Positions 36,145-45,510 are shown, counted from the stretch's first letter. The stretch: DNA of 64,000 nt from Smithellaceae bacterium (GCA_030690945.1 JAUYFM010000064.1:928-64927); one strand, 5' to 3'. The notes: generated from the sequence alone by a model not told the origin. Numbers and translations: made by a program.

Positions 36145-36445
36145 TCTATTTCCGTACATAACATTATCACTTATGTTTATGTGTATATGAATTATACGGA
36201 ATTGTCAATCATATATAGATCATCTCTAAAAGGAGAAAAAGAAAAAGGAAGAAGGGACAAGGCACACCACCCCCTGTCCCTCCGCATGCGCCGGACTGAC
36301 GCGCCAGCGGGGGATAGATAGTGTTCGGGACTATTCGGCGCGTTCGGGGACCGCGCCCTGCAACATTATTTATCGTATCATGTAGGGACTGTTCCCCGAA
36401 TAGTCCGAAAATTTGGCACAGGGCACGCGGCGGGTTTGGGATGTT

Positions 36446-37069
36446 TTACCTCAGCAGTTGCCCGCATTCTTTCCAGCCGACAACTTTTATTTCTTTTTGC
36501 CGGTAGGATTCATCGCCGCCATAAATCAATGCGGCCCCTGCGACCTTCGTACCGGCCAGCGCGCACCATTTTTCCAGTCCGGCGAAGGATTCATGAGTCA
36601 GTGTGCGGCCTGATTTAATCTCAACGGGCGTTAATTTTGCATCTTGCTCTATAATTAAATCCACCTCATTGCCGTTGTTGTCCCGCCAGAAAAAGAAGGA
36701 TGGCTTCACGCCGCTGTTCAGCCGCGATTTGATGAGTTCCGCGATAATAAATGTTTCAAAGATACTGCCCCGCAATGGATGCGTTTCCATCTGCTGGGGC
36801 GTTCTGATTCCCAAAAGCCAGGCGGCTAGCCCCACGTCATAAAAATAAAGTTTCGGCATTTTGACAAGACGTTTATTAAAACTGACAATGTGCGGCCTCA
36901 GTAGAAATACAAGATAGCTTGCTTCAAGCACGGATACCCAGGCTTTGGCGGTGTTATGGGTAATGCCGCATTCCACAGCCAGAGACGACTTGTTGAGTAA
37001 TTGCCCGGTGCGTCCGGCGCAAAGCCTGACAAATCGCTGAAATGTTTCCAATTCTTGAATCTTCAGCAT
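36446..37069 (-). pseudogene. 5'-truncated AAA-ATPase gene (DUF4143 C-terminal half only)
   Basis: The 207-aa ORF starts at a position equivalent to the middle of AAA_14+DUF4143 proteins (FQRFVRLCAGRTGQLLNKSSLAVECGITHNTAKAWVSVLEASYLVFLL...). No Walker A/B region lies upstream. Confidence 0.65.
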
Positions 37070-37191
37070 CTGCTACATGTGGTTTATAACATAGTACGTA
37101 ATCATAATGATTATTTCCTTTGGCGCGCAGAAGCGCATGAGACTCAAAATGATATATTGTCAAGTTTTCTCAACTGTGACATAGGAAAACA

Positions 37192-37240
37192 GGCTAAAGG
37201 CTAAAGGCTAAAGGCTAAAGGCTGAAGGCTGAAGACTGAA
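37192..37240. repeat. Heptanucleotide tandem array (GGCTAAA x4, GGCTGAA x2, GACTGAA x1)
   Basis: A direct read of 37192-37240 shows seven consecutive 7-mers. Confidence 0.9.
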
Positions 37241-37307
37241 GGTCTATTTGGTGCGCCTTCGGCATTTAACATTTCTGAATGACGGCGCGTTACGCGCCTT
37301 TCATCTT

Positions 37308-37356
37308 AGCCTTCAGTCTCGCGCCCCCCGCAGGGGGGTCGGACTTCAGCCTATAC
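37308..37356. repeat. Hairpin repeat element B, copy 3
   Basis: The sequence AGCCTTCAGTCTCGCGCCCCCCGCAGGGGGGTCGGACTTCAGCCTATAC is homologous to 28714-28754 and to the reverse complement of 51585-51618. Confidence 0.75.
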
Positions 37357-37379
37357 ACCTATTTTCAAAGGAGAATATT

Positions 37380-37775
37380 TTGGCAGTTAAAAAAAATGAA
37401 TCGGCCCGGCGTCTGCTTTTATGCATCAACGCCGTCTTGCAGAAAAAAACGAAAAATATCGTTGTTTTGAATGTAAAAGAGATTTCTTCCTTTACGGACT
37501 ATCTGCTGATCTGCTCGGGTGCAACCGACCGGCAGGTGCAGGCTGTTTCCGACGCGATCCAGGAATATCTCAAGAAAGAAGGTATCAGGCCGCTGGGGGT
37601 GGAAGGTAAAACCAATGCGGAATGGATTCTGCTGGATTATGATGATGTGGTCATCTCCGTTTTTCAGGAGTCGGCTCGCTCGTTCTACGGTCTGGAAGAC
37701 TTGTGGGATGCGCCACGCATGAAGATTGACGAAAACGCCGCCGAAATAAAAAAATTAACCAAGGATATGGCTTGA
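37380..37775 (+). CDS. rsfS: Ribosome silencing factor RsfS (iojap-like)
   Basis: The track ORF 37248-37775 is over-extended through the repeat. A TTG at 37380 follows an AAGGAG RBS. The conserved core is VVLNVKEISSFTDYLLICSGATDRQVQAVSDAI...EWILLDYDDVVISVF. Confidence 0.8.
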   Translation: MAVKKNESARRLLLCINAVLQKKTKNIVVLNVKEISSFTDYLLICSGATDRQVQAVSDAIQEYLKKEGIRPLGVEGKTNAEWILLDYDDVVISVFQESARSFYGLEDLWDAPRMKIDENAAEIKKLTKDMA

Positions 37776-38500
37776 TTTTAAATGATTTTTTTCATGGAAT
37801 ATCCGATGTGCTTTTCCCGCCTCTTTGTCTCGCGTGCGCTGAGGTTCTCGCCTCCGGCCCCCAAGAGGTCTTCTGTCCCGAATGCCGTCGCCAAATCACC
37901 TTTATCACCGGTAGTTGCTGTCCGGTTTGTGGCATAATATTCCCCGACTCGCCTTCCGGAAATCACCTGTGCGGAACCTGCCTGGAGAATAGACCCTGGT
38001 TCACGTCCGCCCGCGCCGCTGTCGCCTATGATGGCGTCATTCTCGATGCAATCCACCAATTCAAATACGGACGCAATATCACAACAGGTGCAGCATTGGC
38101 GCGTCTATTGGCCGGTTTTGATTTTGCGGACATAAACCTGGGTATTTTTGATGCCATTGTCCCTGTCCCTTTGCATATCAAGCGTCTGCGAGAGAGGGGC
38201 TTTAATCAATCGCTTATTTTAGCCCGCGCCTTAGGGAAGAAATATAGCATGGATGTCGATTTTTCCTTGCTAAAAAGGCACAAATTTACTTTAACGCAGA
38301 CAGGTCTGGATAAAAAGGAAAGAGAAAAAAATATTTCCGGCGCTTTTGTCGCCGTTTTACCGGAAAGAATCCAAAACAGGAATTTGATCCTGATTGATGA
38401 TGTTTATACAACAGGCGCCACGATCAACGAATGCGCTAAAACGCTGGTCAAGACCGGCGCTAACCAGGTGGCGGTATTGACGCTGGCCAGGGTGCTTTGA
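37772..38500 (+). CDS. comF: ComF family protein (phosphoribosyltransferase domain)
   Basis: 242-aa ORF with N-terminal Cys pairs (CLAC...CPEC, CPVC...CGTC) and the C-terminal PRTase motif LILIDDVYTTGAT. Confidence 0.8.
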   Translation: MILNDFFHGISDVLFPPLCLACAEVLASGPQEVFCPECRRQITFITGSCCPVCGIIFPDSPSGNHLCGTCLENRPWFTSARAAVAYDGVILDAIHQFKYGRNITTGAALARLLAGFDFADINLGIFDAIVPVPLHIKRLRERGFNQSLILARALGKKYSMDVDFSLLKRHKFTLTQTGLDKKEREKNISGAFVAVLPERIQNRNLILIDDVYTTGATINECAKTLVKTGANQVAVLTLARVL

Positions 38501-38531
38501 CCGTTCCCTACATGACATAAAAGGAGTCGTC

Positions 38532-39017
38532 ATGAATAAGGTACTGAGTAGAGAAATTCTAAAGAATAAGCTTGAAGCCCTGCGCCAAGAAGGGAAAAAG
38601 ATTGCTTTCACCAACGGCTGTTTTGATATTCTGCATGTTGGCCATGTCCGTTATTTAAAGGAAGCGAAAAAAACAGCTGATATCCTGGTTTTGGCGCTCA
38701 ACAGCGACTCATCCGTGCGGGCAATTAAGGGCGAAAAAAGACCGCTCGTCTCCGAAACAGAAAGAGCGGAAGTGCTCGCCGCGCTGGAATGCATTGATTT
38801 TGTAACGATATTTACGGAGTTGACGCCGCTGGAAATCATTTGCTATCTCAAACCGGACATCCTGATCAAAGGCGGCGACTGGCCGGAAGACAGAGTTGTC
38901 GGACGCGATGAAATCAAGCAATGGGGCGGATACGTTACGATTATTCCGGAAGTGGCCGGCAAATCCACTACCAATATCGTGGATAAAATTATTTCCGTCT
39001 ATTGTTCCGGAAACTGA
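38532..39017 (+). CDS. rfaE2: D-glycero-beta-D-manno-heptose 1-phosphate adenylyltransferase (RfaE domain II type cytidylyltransferase)
   Basis: 161-aa ORF with the motifs FTNGCFDILHVGHVRYL and KGGDW, plus the ending STTNIVDKI. Confidence 0.85.
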   Translation: MNKVLSREILKNKLEALRQEGKKIAFTNGCFDILHVGHVRYLKEAKKTADILVLALNSDSSVRAIKGEKRPLVSETERAEVLAALECIDFVTIFTELTPLEIICYLKPDILIKGGDWPEDRVVGRDEIKQWGGYVTIIPEVAGKSTTNIVDKIISVYCSGN

Positions 39018-39166
39018 CAAGCTGATATGATCCCTCTAATTCTTTACTAAAAGGGAAAAAGCGTTTTTTCGATTTTCTTTAGTTAAAATTTTTTCCTTTA
39101 CAAACATTACCCCATTAGGTAATAAGGACGACAATTTCAACATCATCTAGACAAGGAGTAGCCGCA

Positions 39167-39547
39167 TTGGAAAAACAAACGACTTTGAAGCCGGAAAAAC
39201 TGGAGGCATTCCGCAAGTTGCTCATCCAGAAAATCAATGAGCTGCTGAGTGAGGCGGGTAAAACCGTCACGGAAATGACCAACGGCAAGGAAAATTTTCC
39301 CGATCCCAACGACCGGGCGTCGCTGGAATCCGATCGGAACTTTGAGTTACGCATCCGCGACCGGGAGCGCAAACTCATTGTAAAAATGCAGGAAGCCATT
39401 AAAAGGATTGATGACGGAACATACGGCATTTGCGAAGCCTGCGAGGGACCGATTTCCGAAAAAAGGCTGTTGGCCAGACCGGTCACCACGGAATGCATTG
39501 ATTGTAAAACAAAACAGGAAAAGCTCGAAAAACTCAAAGGCGAATAA
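39167..39547 (+). CDS. dksA: DksA/TraR family RNA polymerase-binding zinc-finger protein
   Basis: 126-aa ORF with a TTG start 8 nt after an AAGGAG RBS. It has a coiled-coil N-terminus and the 4-Cys finger CEACEGPI...CIDC. Confidence 0.85.
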   Translation: MEKQTTLKPEKLEAFRKLLIQKINELLSEAGKTVTEMTNGKENFPDPNDRASLESDRNFELRIRDRERKLIVKMQEAIKRIDDGTYGICEACEGPISEKRLLARPVTTECIDCKTKQEKLEKLKGE

Positions 39548-39571
39548 GGCCTATACATGACCATAAAAAAC

Positions 39572-39594
39572 GCCCCGCCCGCGGGGTTTTTTTT
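39572..39594 (+). terminator. Rho-independent terminator after dksA
   Basis: A GC stem (CCCCG-cccg-CGGGG) is followed by a run of 8 T. Confidence 0.8.
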
Positions 39595-39656
39595 ATTGCC
39601 GGTTTTTTGTGCGTCCAACATTTCCCTTTTTTGTCCAAAGATGATAATCAGCTCCC

Positions 39657-42065
39657 ATGTATGTAAATGTCGCCCTCAACATTCCGGCTGATAAACTCTT
39701 CACCTATGCCGTGCCGGCCAATCTACAATCCAAAGCCTTAATCGGCAAAAGGGTTTTTGTTCCTTTTGGCCGCAGAAAACGCACCGGTTTTATTGTCGCC
39801 ATATTGACTTCCTGCAATCTGGAAAAAGTCAAGCCAATTAGCGAAATCCTTGATGAAGAAGCGCTTTTCGACAGCAACGATCTGAATTTTTATTTATGGA
39901 TCTCCGACTACTTCATCCATCCGTTGGGGAAAACACTGGCCGAACTGATTCCCTCGGGATCCGAAAAAAAAGATTTCCTCTGGATCGTTCCCGTGCCGGC
40001 ACCTCTGGATCTGGCCCTGTCCCAATCGCAGGAAAAGCTTCTGGATTTTTTACGTCAATATCCCCAGGGTATTGCACTCGGTCACCTGATAAAAAATTCC
40101 GGCCTCAAAAACGCGGCAACGGTTATGCGCAGTCTGCATTTAGCGGGACTGGTAAGGTTCAGCGAAAAGCAAAATAAATCACTGGCCATCCGCACGCAAA
40201 AGATTATACGACTCGCGCCGGATGCCGGAGAACCGCTGAAATTGACTGCCCGCCAGGAAGCCCTGGTTGGTTTTTTAAAAAACTCCGGCCCAATGGGGTT
40301 AAATGATCTGATTGCTTCAGCCAGGACCTCCAGCGCCATTGTTAAAAAACTGCTGGAAAAAGGCGTCATGACCTTCAGCGATGCAGAAATTATCCGCAAA
40401 AACTCACTGACATCCACCATCAGCCGGACACGCGAAAGCATTCATCTCTCGAGCGAACAGAAAACCGCCCTCGATGAAATATGCCACAGCATCAATGCCG
40501 ATACATTCCACCCGATCTTGCTGCACGGCGTCACCGGTAGCGGAAAAACGGAAGTTTATCTTAACGCCATCGAACATGTCTTAAAAAACGGCGGCACGGC
40601 TATGTATCTTGTTCCGGAAATCGCCCTGACGCCGCAACTCATCTCCAGAATCGCCGGTCGGTTTGACGAGAATAAAATCGCCGTCATCCACAGCGGCATT
40701 GCCCAGAGCGTCCGCTACGATCAATGGCGGCAAATCAAACGCGGTCAAATCAATCTCGTCATCGGCGCGCGCTCCGCTCTTTTCGCGCCGCTTCCTGATT
40801 TAAAATTAATCATCGTCGATGAAGAGCATGACGCCTCCTACAAGCAGGATGGAAGGCTTTGCTACCACGGCCGCGATCTGGCCATCGTTAAAGCCAAATT
40901 CAGCGCAGCGGTTGTTGTGCTCGGCTCAGCAACACCGGGGGTTCGTTCTTACTATAACGCCCGGACAGCAAAATACCATCTTCTGGAACTGACTCGGCGG
41001 ATCAATAACAAACCCCTACCCCACGTCGACATTATCGACATGAAAGTACAAAAAGAGATACACGGCAAAACGCCGATTCTTTCAGATGCCTTGATGACGG
41101 CCATTGGAGAAACACTCAGTAAAAAGGAGCAGACCCTGTTGTTTCTGAATAAACGTGGATTTGACACGTTTCTGGTCTGCGCCGACTGCGGCTATAATTT
41201 CCGCTGCCCCAACTGTGCCGTGGCGCTGAAAAGCCACCTGGCGGAAAATATCATTAAATGCCACTACTGCGATTACACGCAGAAAGCCATGCCGCTTTGC
41301 CCCAAATGCCGGGGCAGCCGGATACTGAACTACGGCACCGGCACACAGAAACTGGAAAAGGAAATTGAAAGTCTGTTTCCCAGAGCGCGGGTGCAAAGAA
41401 TGGATTCGGACGCCACCGCCCAGAAGGGCACTCAGGAAAAAATTCTTTACGCCTTGGAACAAAAAGAAATTGATATTCTGGTGGGAACGCAAATGATCAC
41501 CAAGGGACACGACTTCCCCTTCATCACCCTGGTGGGCGTCATTTCAGCAGACACGTCTCTGAACATGCCGGATTTCCGCGCGGCGGAAAAAACGTTTCAG
41601 ATGCTGACCCAGGTTGCGGGGCGGGGTGGACGCGGCGATGCCGCGGGACGCGTCATTATCCAGACCTTTAATCCCCAGCACTATGCCTTGCAGCACACTC
41701 GCACTCACGATTACAAAGCGTTTTATGAAGAAGAAATAGAGTTTCGCAAATCACTGCAATACCCGCCCTTCGGATACATCATCAATCTTCGTCTGTCGTC
41801 CATAAAAAAAGACGCGCTCATGGAAACGGCGCAAGAAATCGGCAAACAGGCTCGGAGGCTTGCCACGCGTTATGGAAACGCCGCTGAAATTATCGGTCCA
41901 TCGGAATCGCCACTGGCCAAGATTCGAGGAGAACACCGCCAACAGATGCTGATCAAAGGCCGCGACAGCAAAATCCTGCATTCCATCGCCGTCGAGATTC
42001 TGGATAAATATGACACCAGCGCCGTGAAGATTACGGTGGATGTCGATCCGGAAAATTTTATGTGA
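39657..42065 (+). CDS. priA: Primosomal protein N' (replication restart helicase)
   Basis: 802-aa ORF with Walker A (GVTGSGKTEVY), DEEH and the Cys-rich insertion (CADCG..CPNC...CHYC..CPKC). Confidence 0.95.
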   Translation: MYVNVALNIPADKLFTYAVPANLQSKALIGKRVFVPFGRRKRTGFIVAILTSCNLEKVKPISEILDEEALFDSNDLNFYLWISDYFIHPLGKTLAELIPSGSEKKDFLWIVPVPAPLDLALSQSQEKLLDFLRQYPQGIALGHLIKNSGLKNAATVMRSLHLAGLVRFSEKQNKSLAIRTQKIIRLAPDAGEPLKLTARQEALVGFLKNSGPMGLNDLIASARTSSAIVKKLLEKGVMTFSDAEIIRKNSLTSTISRTRESIHLSSEQKTALDEICHSINADTFHPILLHGVTGSGKTEVYLNAIEHVLKNGGTAMYLVPEIALTPQLISRIAGRFDENKIAVIHSGIAQSVRYDQWRQIKRGQINLVIGARSALFAPLPDLKLIIVDEEHDASYKQDGRLCYHGRDLAIVKAKFSAAVVVLGSATPGVRSYYNARTAKYHLLELTRRINNKPLPHVDIIDMKVQKEIHGKTPILSDALMTAIGETLSKKEQTLLFLNKRGFDTFLVCADCGYNFRCPNCAVALKSHLAENIIKCHYCDYTQKAMPLCPKCRGSRILNYGTGTQKLEKEIESLFPRARVQRMDSDATAQKGTQEKILYALEQKEIDILVGTQMITKGHDFPFITLVGVISADTSLNMPDFRAAEKTFQMLTQVAGRGGRGDAAGRVIIQTFNPQHYALQHTRTHDYKAFYEEEIEFRKSLQYPPFGYIINLRLSSIKKDALMETAQEIGKQARRLATRYGNAAEIIGPSESPLAKIRGEHRQQMLIKGRDSKILHSIAVEILDKYDTSAVKITVDVDPENFM

Positions 42066-43218
42066 TACGTTCTCTGGTTTTAACTTGCAATGCTGAAAAG
42101 AAATTCAACACGGCGATGAGCGCGCCCATCAAAAAGACATACTGGTAGCCCCATTTCACCCAAATCACACCACCCAGAAGCGCAACAGCAATAGAAAAGA
42201 TGTGATCGATGCTGACACCCATCGTCAGAGTCTGGGTAACATCTTCGGGCTTGACCGCTATTTTCTGGAGGTAAGTTGCTCTGGCCATGCCCACGGACAT
42301 CATCAACTGGTCAACAATATAACAGACACAAGCGATGATGAGGGCCGCCGTTTCCGTAAATACCTCTCTGGCAAAACCGTAACCGATGCAGACAAAAACA
42401 AGAACGACGGCCTCTGCCGTCAGAATAAATCTTTCACCCAATTTATCAATGGCTTTCCCCAGCATGGGCTTGAAAAATATACCGATCAGTCCGCCTGCTG
42501 CCAGAAGGGTTGCGAGGACCTGTGTCTTCTGACGGAATACCGTCACCAGTACCCAGGGCGCAAAGGTTAGGAAAATCTGTTTGCGTGTTCCGTATAAAAT
42601 ATTGAGCCAGTAAAAAAGTTTGTACTCTTTCCGAAGCTGAAATTTAGTGCGGGCGGAATAAGGCTCGTCCTTTGTCATCAGGTAAAGCAAAACCGAGACG
42701 GTCAGAAATCCGAGAAATGCAAAGATATATGAAATCTGAAAAGTAAGATTGAAAAACTTAAACCCCATAAAGATACAAAAACTGCCGAGAATCATCGCCA
42801 GATTGGCCACAGCGCTGAACTGCCCCAGCCTCCGGCCTTTTTGACCTTCGTGAGCCAGTTCCATGCCGATGCTCTGATTGAGCGGGATGAACAAATGCTG
42901 GCCCACACTGAAAATAAACAGCCAGACAAGCATCACGGAAAAGCCGGGCGAGGCAAAACCGATCAGCAGGATGCCGAACGCGCACAGCAGATTGGCAAGA
43001 AACGCCAGCCTTCGCGAACACAGAAAAAAGAAAAGCGCAGCGAAAAAGACGACCAGAAATCCGGGCAATTCTCTGGGCAATTCCAAAAAACCCCGCTGCC
43101 AGTCACTGATAAAAAATGTCTCGTTGAGGAAATTATTAAAGGTGGAATCGACAATGCTCTGGGAAAATCCAAATACAAATGTAGCGGCCAGAAATAAACG
43201 GAAATCCCGCGGCAGCAT
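42058..43218 (-). CDS. MFS transporter
   Basis: ORF 42058-43407, with the ATG at 43218 (MLPRDFRLFLAATFVFGF) preferred because a strong hairpin occupies 43277-43305. About 12 hydrophobic segments are present. Confidence 0.7.
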   Translation of the reverse strand: MLPRDFRLFLAATFVFGFSQSIVDSTFNNFLNETFFISDWQRGFLELPRELPGFLVVFFAALFFFLCSRRLAFLANLLCAFGILLIGFASPGFSVMLVWLFIFSVGQHLFIPLNQSIGMELAHEGQKGRRLGQFSAVANLAMILGSFCIFMGFKFFNLTFQISYIFAFLGFLTVSVLLYLMTKDEPYSARTKFQLRKEYKLFYWLNILYGTRKQIFLTFAPWVLVTVFRQKTQVLATLLAAGGLIGIFFKPMLGKAIDKLGERFILTAEAVVLVFVCIGYGFAREVFTETAALIIACVCYIVDQLMMSVGMARATYLQKIAVKPEDVTQTLTMGVSIDHIFSIAVALLGGVIWVKWGYQYVFLMGALIAVLNFFSALQVKTRERIT

Positions 43219-43276
43219 TAAAAATCTATTTTTAATCCGCTTAATGATATTTCGCCCCTGTTGTTTATTATAATAA

Positions 43277-43305
43277 GACAACGGCAGGATAATCCTGCCG
43301 TTGTC
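43277..43305 (-). terminator. Perfect 13-bp-stem hairpin downstream of the tandem paralog genes
   Basis: On the minus strand the hairpin GACAACGGCAGGA-tta-TCCTGCCGTTGTC is followed by TTATTATAAT. Confidence 0.55.
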
Positions 43306-43339
43306 TTGCATCAATCTTTTTAACCAATCACTTAAATTA

Positions 43340-43813
43340 TTATTTTTTCGCCTCCAGCCGGATACGGTCCTGATAGTATTGTGTGATTTCATATACAGCG
43401 TGATCAATCAGAAGCATAATTCTCATCACGGAGTCAATCGCCTGATGGTGCTCAATCGCGTTAATAAAAATCGCCTGAAATTCCGCGTACAGCCACATGT
43501 GGCGGCGCATCATGTTTAAGGCATAAATGGATTCATGCAGCGGAACGCCATTTTCATAACATGTTCTCGCGTAATGCATGAAAAACTCCTGCGCTTTGTC
43601 ATAACGATTGGGAACAACCAGCATGTTTCTCAACTGGCTGTAAAATTTGATGGCCTGCAGCACCAGTTTCTCGTCGGCAATATCCTTATAGTGAACGGTT
43701 CTTTTGTTTTTCTTGACATCGGCGGCCCAATGCCCCGCTATTTCATCAATGTTGGCTTCCAGTACGTCTAACAGCTTAATCGACTCTACCATATACGATG
43801 CTCCTTTCTCCAA
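43340..43813 (-). CDS. Hypothetical all-helical protein, paralog B (possible RsbR-N / globin-like sensor fold)
   Basis: 157-aa ORF. It shares the motifs RRHMWLYAEFQAIF and LLIDHAVYEITQYYQ with the upstream paralog. The fold assignment is tentative. Confidence 0.55.
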   Translation of the reverse strand: MEKGASYMVESIKLLDVLEANIDEIAGHWAADVKKNKRTVHYKDIADEKLVLQAIKFYSQLRNMLVVPNRYDKAQEFFMHYARTCYENGVPLHESIYALNMMRRHMWLYAEFQAIFINAIEHHQAIDSVMRIMLLIDHAVYEITQYYQDRIRLEAKK

Positions 43814-43839
43814 TGCTTGAGCTTATAGGGAAGCGGAAT

Positions 43840-44298
43840 TTATTTCTTGCCTTTTCCTTTTTTCATCAACTCCTGGTACTCCTTAGTCACCTCATACACC
43901 GCATAGTCAAAAAGCAAAATGGTTCGGCTTAAGGTGTCCAGGGCCTGCCGCTGGTCGATGCCGGAGCTGAAAATCGTCTGGAACTCAGCATATAACCAGA
44001 TATGCCTTCTCAAGAGAATAAGTGCGTAGACCGCCTCATCCATAGGAATGCCCATGGCGAAACTTTCCCGAGTGTAAGTACGAAAATATTTCAATGCGCT
44101 TTCGCCGATTTTTTCATCGGCAAACATTTTACTGAAATTCTGATAAAATTTTACACCTTGATTGATGATACTCTCTTCATCCAGCTCCTTATATTTTTTT
44201 GTCCTGATATTGTTTTGCACATCCATTGCCCATCGTTTAGCCATCTTCTCCGCGTGCTGCTCGGCCAACTCTACATACTTAATGGCGTATGTCTTCAT
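43840..44298 (-). CDS. Hypothetical all-helical protein, paralog A (possible RsbR-N / globin-like sensor fold)
   Basis: 152-aa ORF preceded by an AAGGAGA RBS, with the motifs RRHIWLYAEFQTIF and LLFDYAVYEVTKEYQ. Confidence 0.55.
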   Translation of the reverse strand: MKTYAIKYVELAEQHAEKMAKRWAMDVQNNIRTKKYKELDEESIINQGVKFYQNFSKMFADEKIGESALKYFRTYTRESFAMGIPMDEAVYALILLRRHIWLYAEFQTIFSSGIDQRQALDTLSRTILLFDYAVYEVTKEYQELMKKGKGKK

Positions 44299-44427
44299 GC
44301 TTCATCTCCTTTCGTGAAAAAATCCACCTAGCGTAGCGTGATGTTATGCTCTTTGCTTTTAATATAAAACATGAAACTGAAATTGACAATAGGAATTTAT
44401 CAAAAAACCACCATTCACGGGTAATTC

Positions 44428-44456
44428 TTGACACATTCTTGTTATTTCCATATAGG
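44428..44456 (+). promoter_or_regulatory. Candidate sigma-70 promoter for fmt
   Basis: TTGACA (44428-44433) is followed by a 17-nt spacer and TATAGG (44451-44456), about 30 nt upstream of the fmt ATG. Confidence 0.3.
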
Positions 44457-44484
44457 TTAAGAAAATTGACAAGGACGTAACATA

Positions 44485-45423
44485 ATGACCAAACTACGCA
44501 TTCTCTTTATGGGCACACCGGCTTTCGCCCTCCCCGCCCTGGAAATGCTGCATAATAGTCATTACCCGATTATCGCGGTCGTGACAAAGCCGGATCGTCC
44601 CGCGGGACGAGGGCAAAAAGAGGTCGCCCCGCCGGTAAAGCTTCTGGCGCAAGAATTCGGCCTGCCGGTTTTACAGCCGTCGAAAGTGAACGATCCGGCT
44701 TTTCTGGAAGCGCTCTATTCGCTCAGTCCCGATATGATTGTCGTAGCGGCTTTCGGTCAGATTCTTCCTCAAGCAATCATCAATTTCCCGAAGCGGGGAT
44801 GCCTCAACATCCACCCGTCACTTTTACCCAAATACAGGGGCGCCGCGCCGCTCAACTGGAGCATCATTCGCGGAGAAATGAAAACCGGCATGACGATTAT
44901 GCTCATGGATGAAGGAATGGATTCCGGCGATATCCTGGCACAGGAAGAAACGCCGCTCGCCATCAATGAAACCTTCGGTCAGTTGCATGATCGTCTGGCT
45001 AAACTGGGCGCTGAACTGCTTCTTCAAACCATCGACCAAGTGGCAAACGGCATTGTCTGCCGACAACCTCAAGACACAAACCAAGTCACCTTCGCCCCCC
45101 GACTGACCAAGGAAACAGGCAGAATCAACTGGCGCGACAGCGTAACGAACATCGTTAATCTTATCCGCGGCCTGAGCCCAACGCCCGCGGCCTATGCCTC
45201 TCTGGAAGGGCAAGCACTCAAAATTTTTTCGGCGGATGCTCTGCCTGCGGAAATCATCCAGCACCCCGGCACCATTGGCGCCCCCAGCGCATCAGGTCTG
45301 CCGGTTGCGGCTGCTGACGGCCATGTCATTCTGAAAGACGTCCAGTTAGCCGGAAAAAAGAGAATGCTGATTGGCGACTTTCTGCGCGGGTACCGAATTA
45401 AAGAGGGAAACGTATTAGGCTGA
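44485..45423 (+). CDS. fmt: Methionyl-tRNA formyltransferase
   Basis: 312-aa ORF with LRILFMGTPAFALPAL, the motifs NIHPSLLPKYRGAAP and MDEGMDSGDIL. Confidence 0.95.
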   Translation: MTKLRILFMGTPAFALPALEMLHNSHYPIIAVVTKPDRPAGRGQKEVAPPVKLLAQEFGLPVLQPSKVNDPAFLEALYSLSPDMIVVAAFGQILPQAIINFPKRGCLNIHPSLLPKYRGAAPLNWSIIRGEMKTGMTIMLMDEGMDSGDILAQEETPLAINETFGQLHDRLAKLGAELLLQTIDQVANGIVCRQPQDTNQVTFAPRLTKETGRINWRDSVTNIVNLIRGLSPTPAAYASLEGQALKIFSADALPAEIIQHPGTIGAPSASGLPVAAADGHVILKDVQLAGKKRMLIGDFLRGYRIKEGNVLG

Positions 45424-45510
45424 AGGTGGAGTGCGAAGCACGGAATCCGGCGCATGCCGGACTTAAGGATATCAACTATCAACCATGAGCCACGAACTAT
45501 AAGGTTTAAC

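Noticed and set aside
36324-36409. An inverted repeat (TTCGGGACTATTCGG / CCGAATAGTCCGAA) that might mark a small RNA or a transposon end.
   Set aside because: The arms are short and imperfect (a 1-nt indel), no partner end or transposase is present, and I recognise no RNA family. It is left as part of the decayed islet description.
36414-36428. TGGCACAGGGCACGC as a candidate sigma-54 -24 element in the AbiE-DUF4143 gap.
   Set aside because: The -12 position reads ACGC, not TTGC, and no downstream gene lies in the right orientation.
37192-37240. The heptad array considered as a CRISPR-like or coding repeat.
   Set aside because: The units are 7 bp with no spacers, and the array is far too short for CRISPR. 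It is not a multiple of 3 and lies outside any supported ORF.
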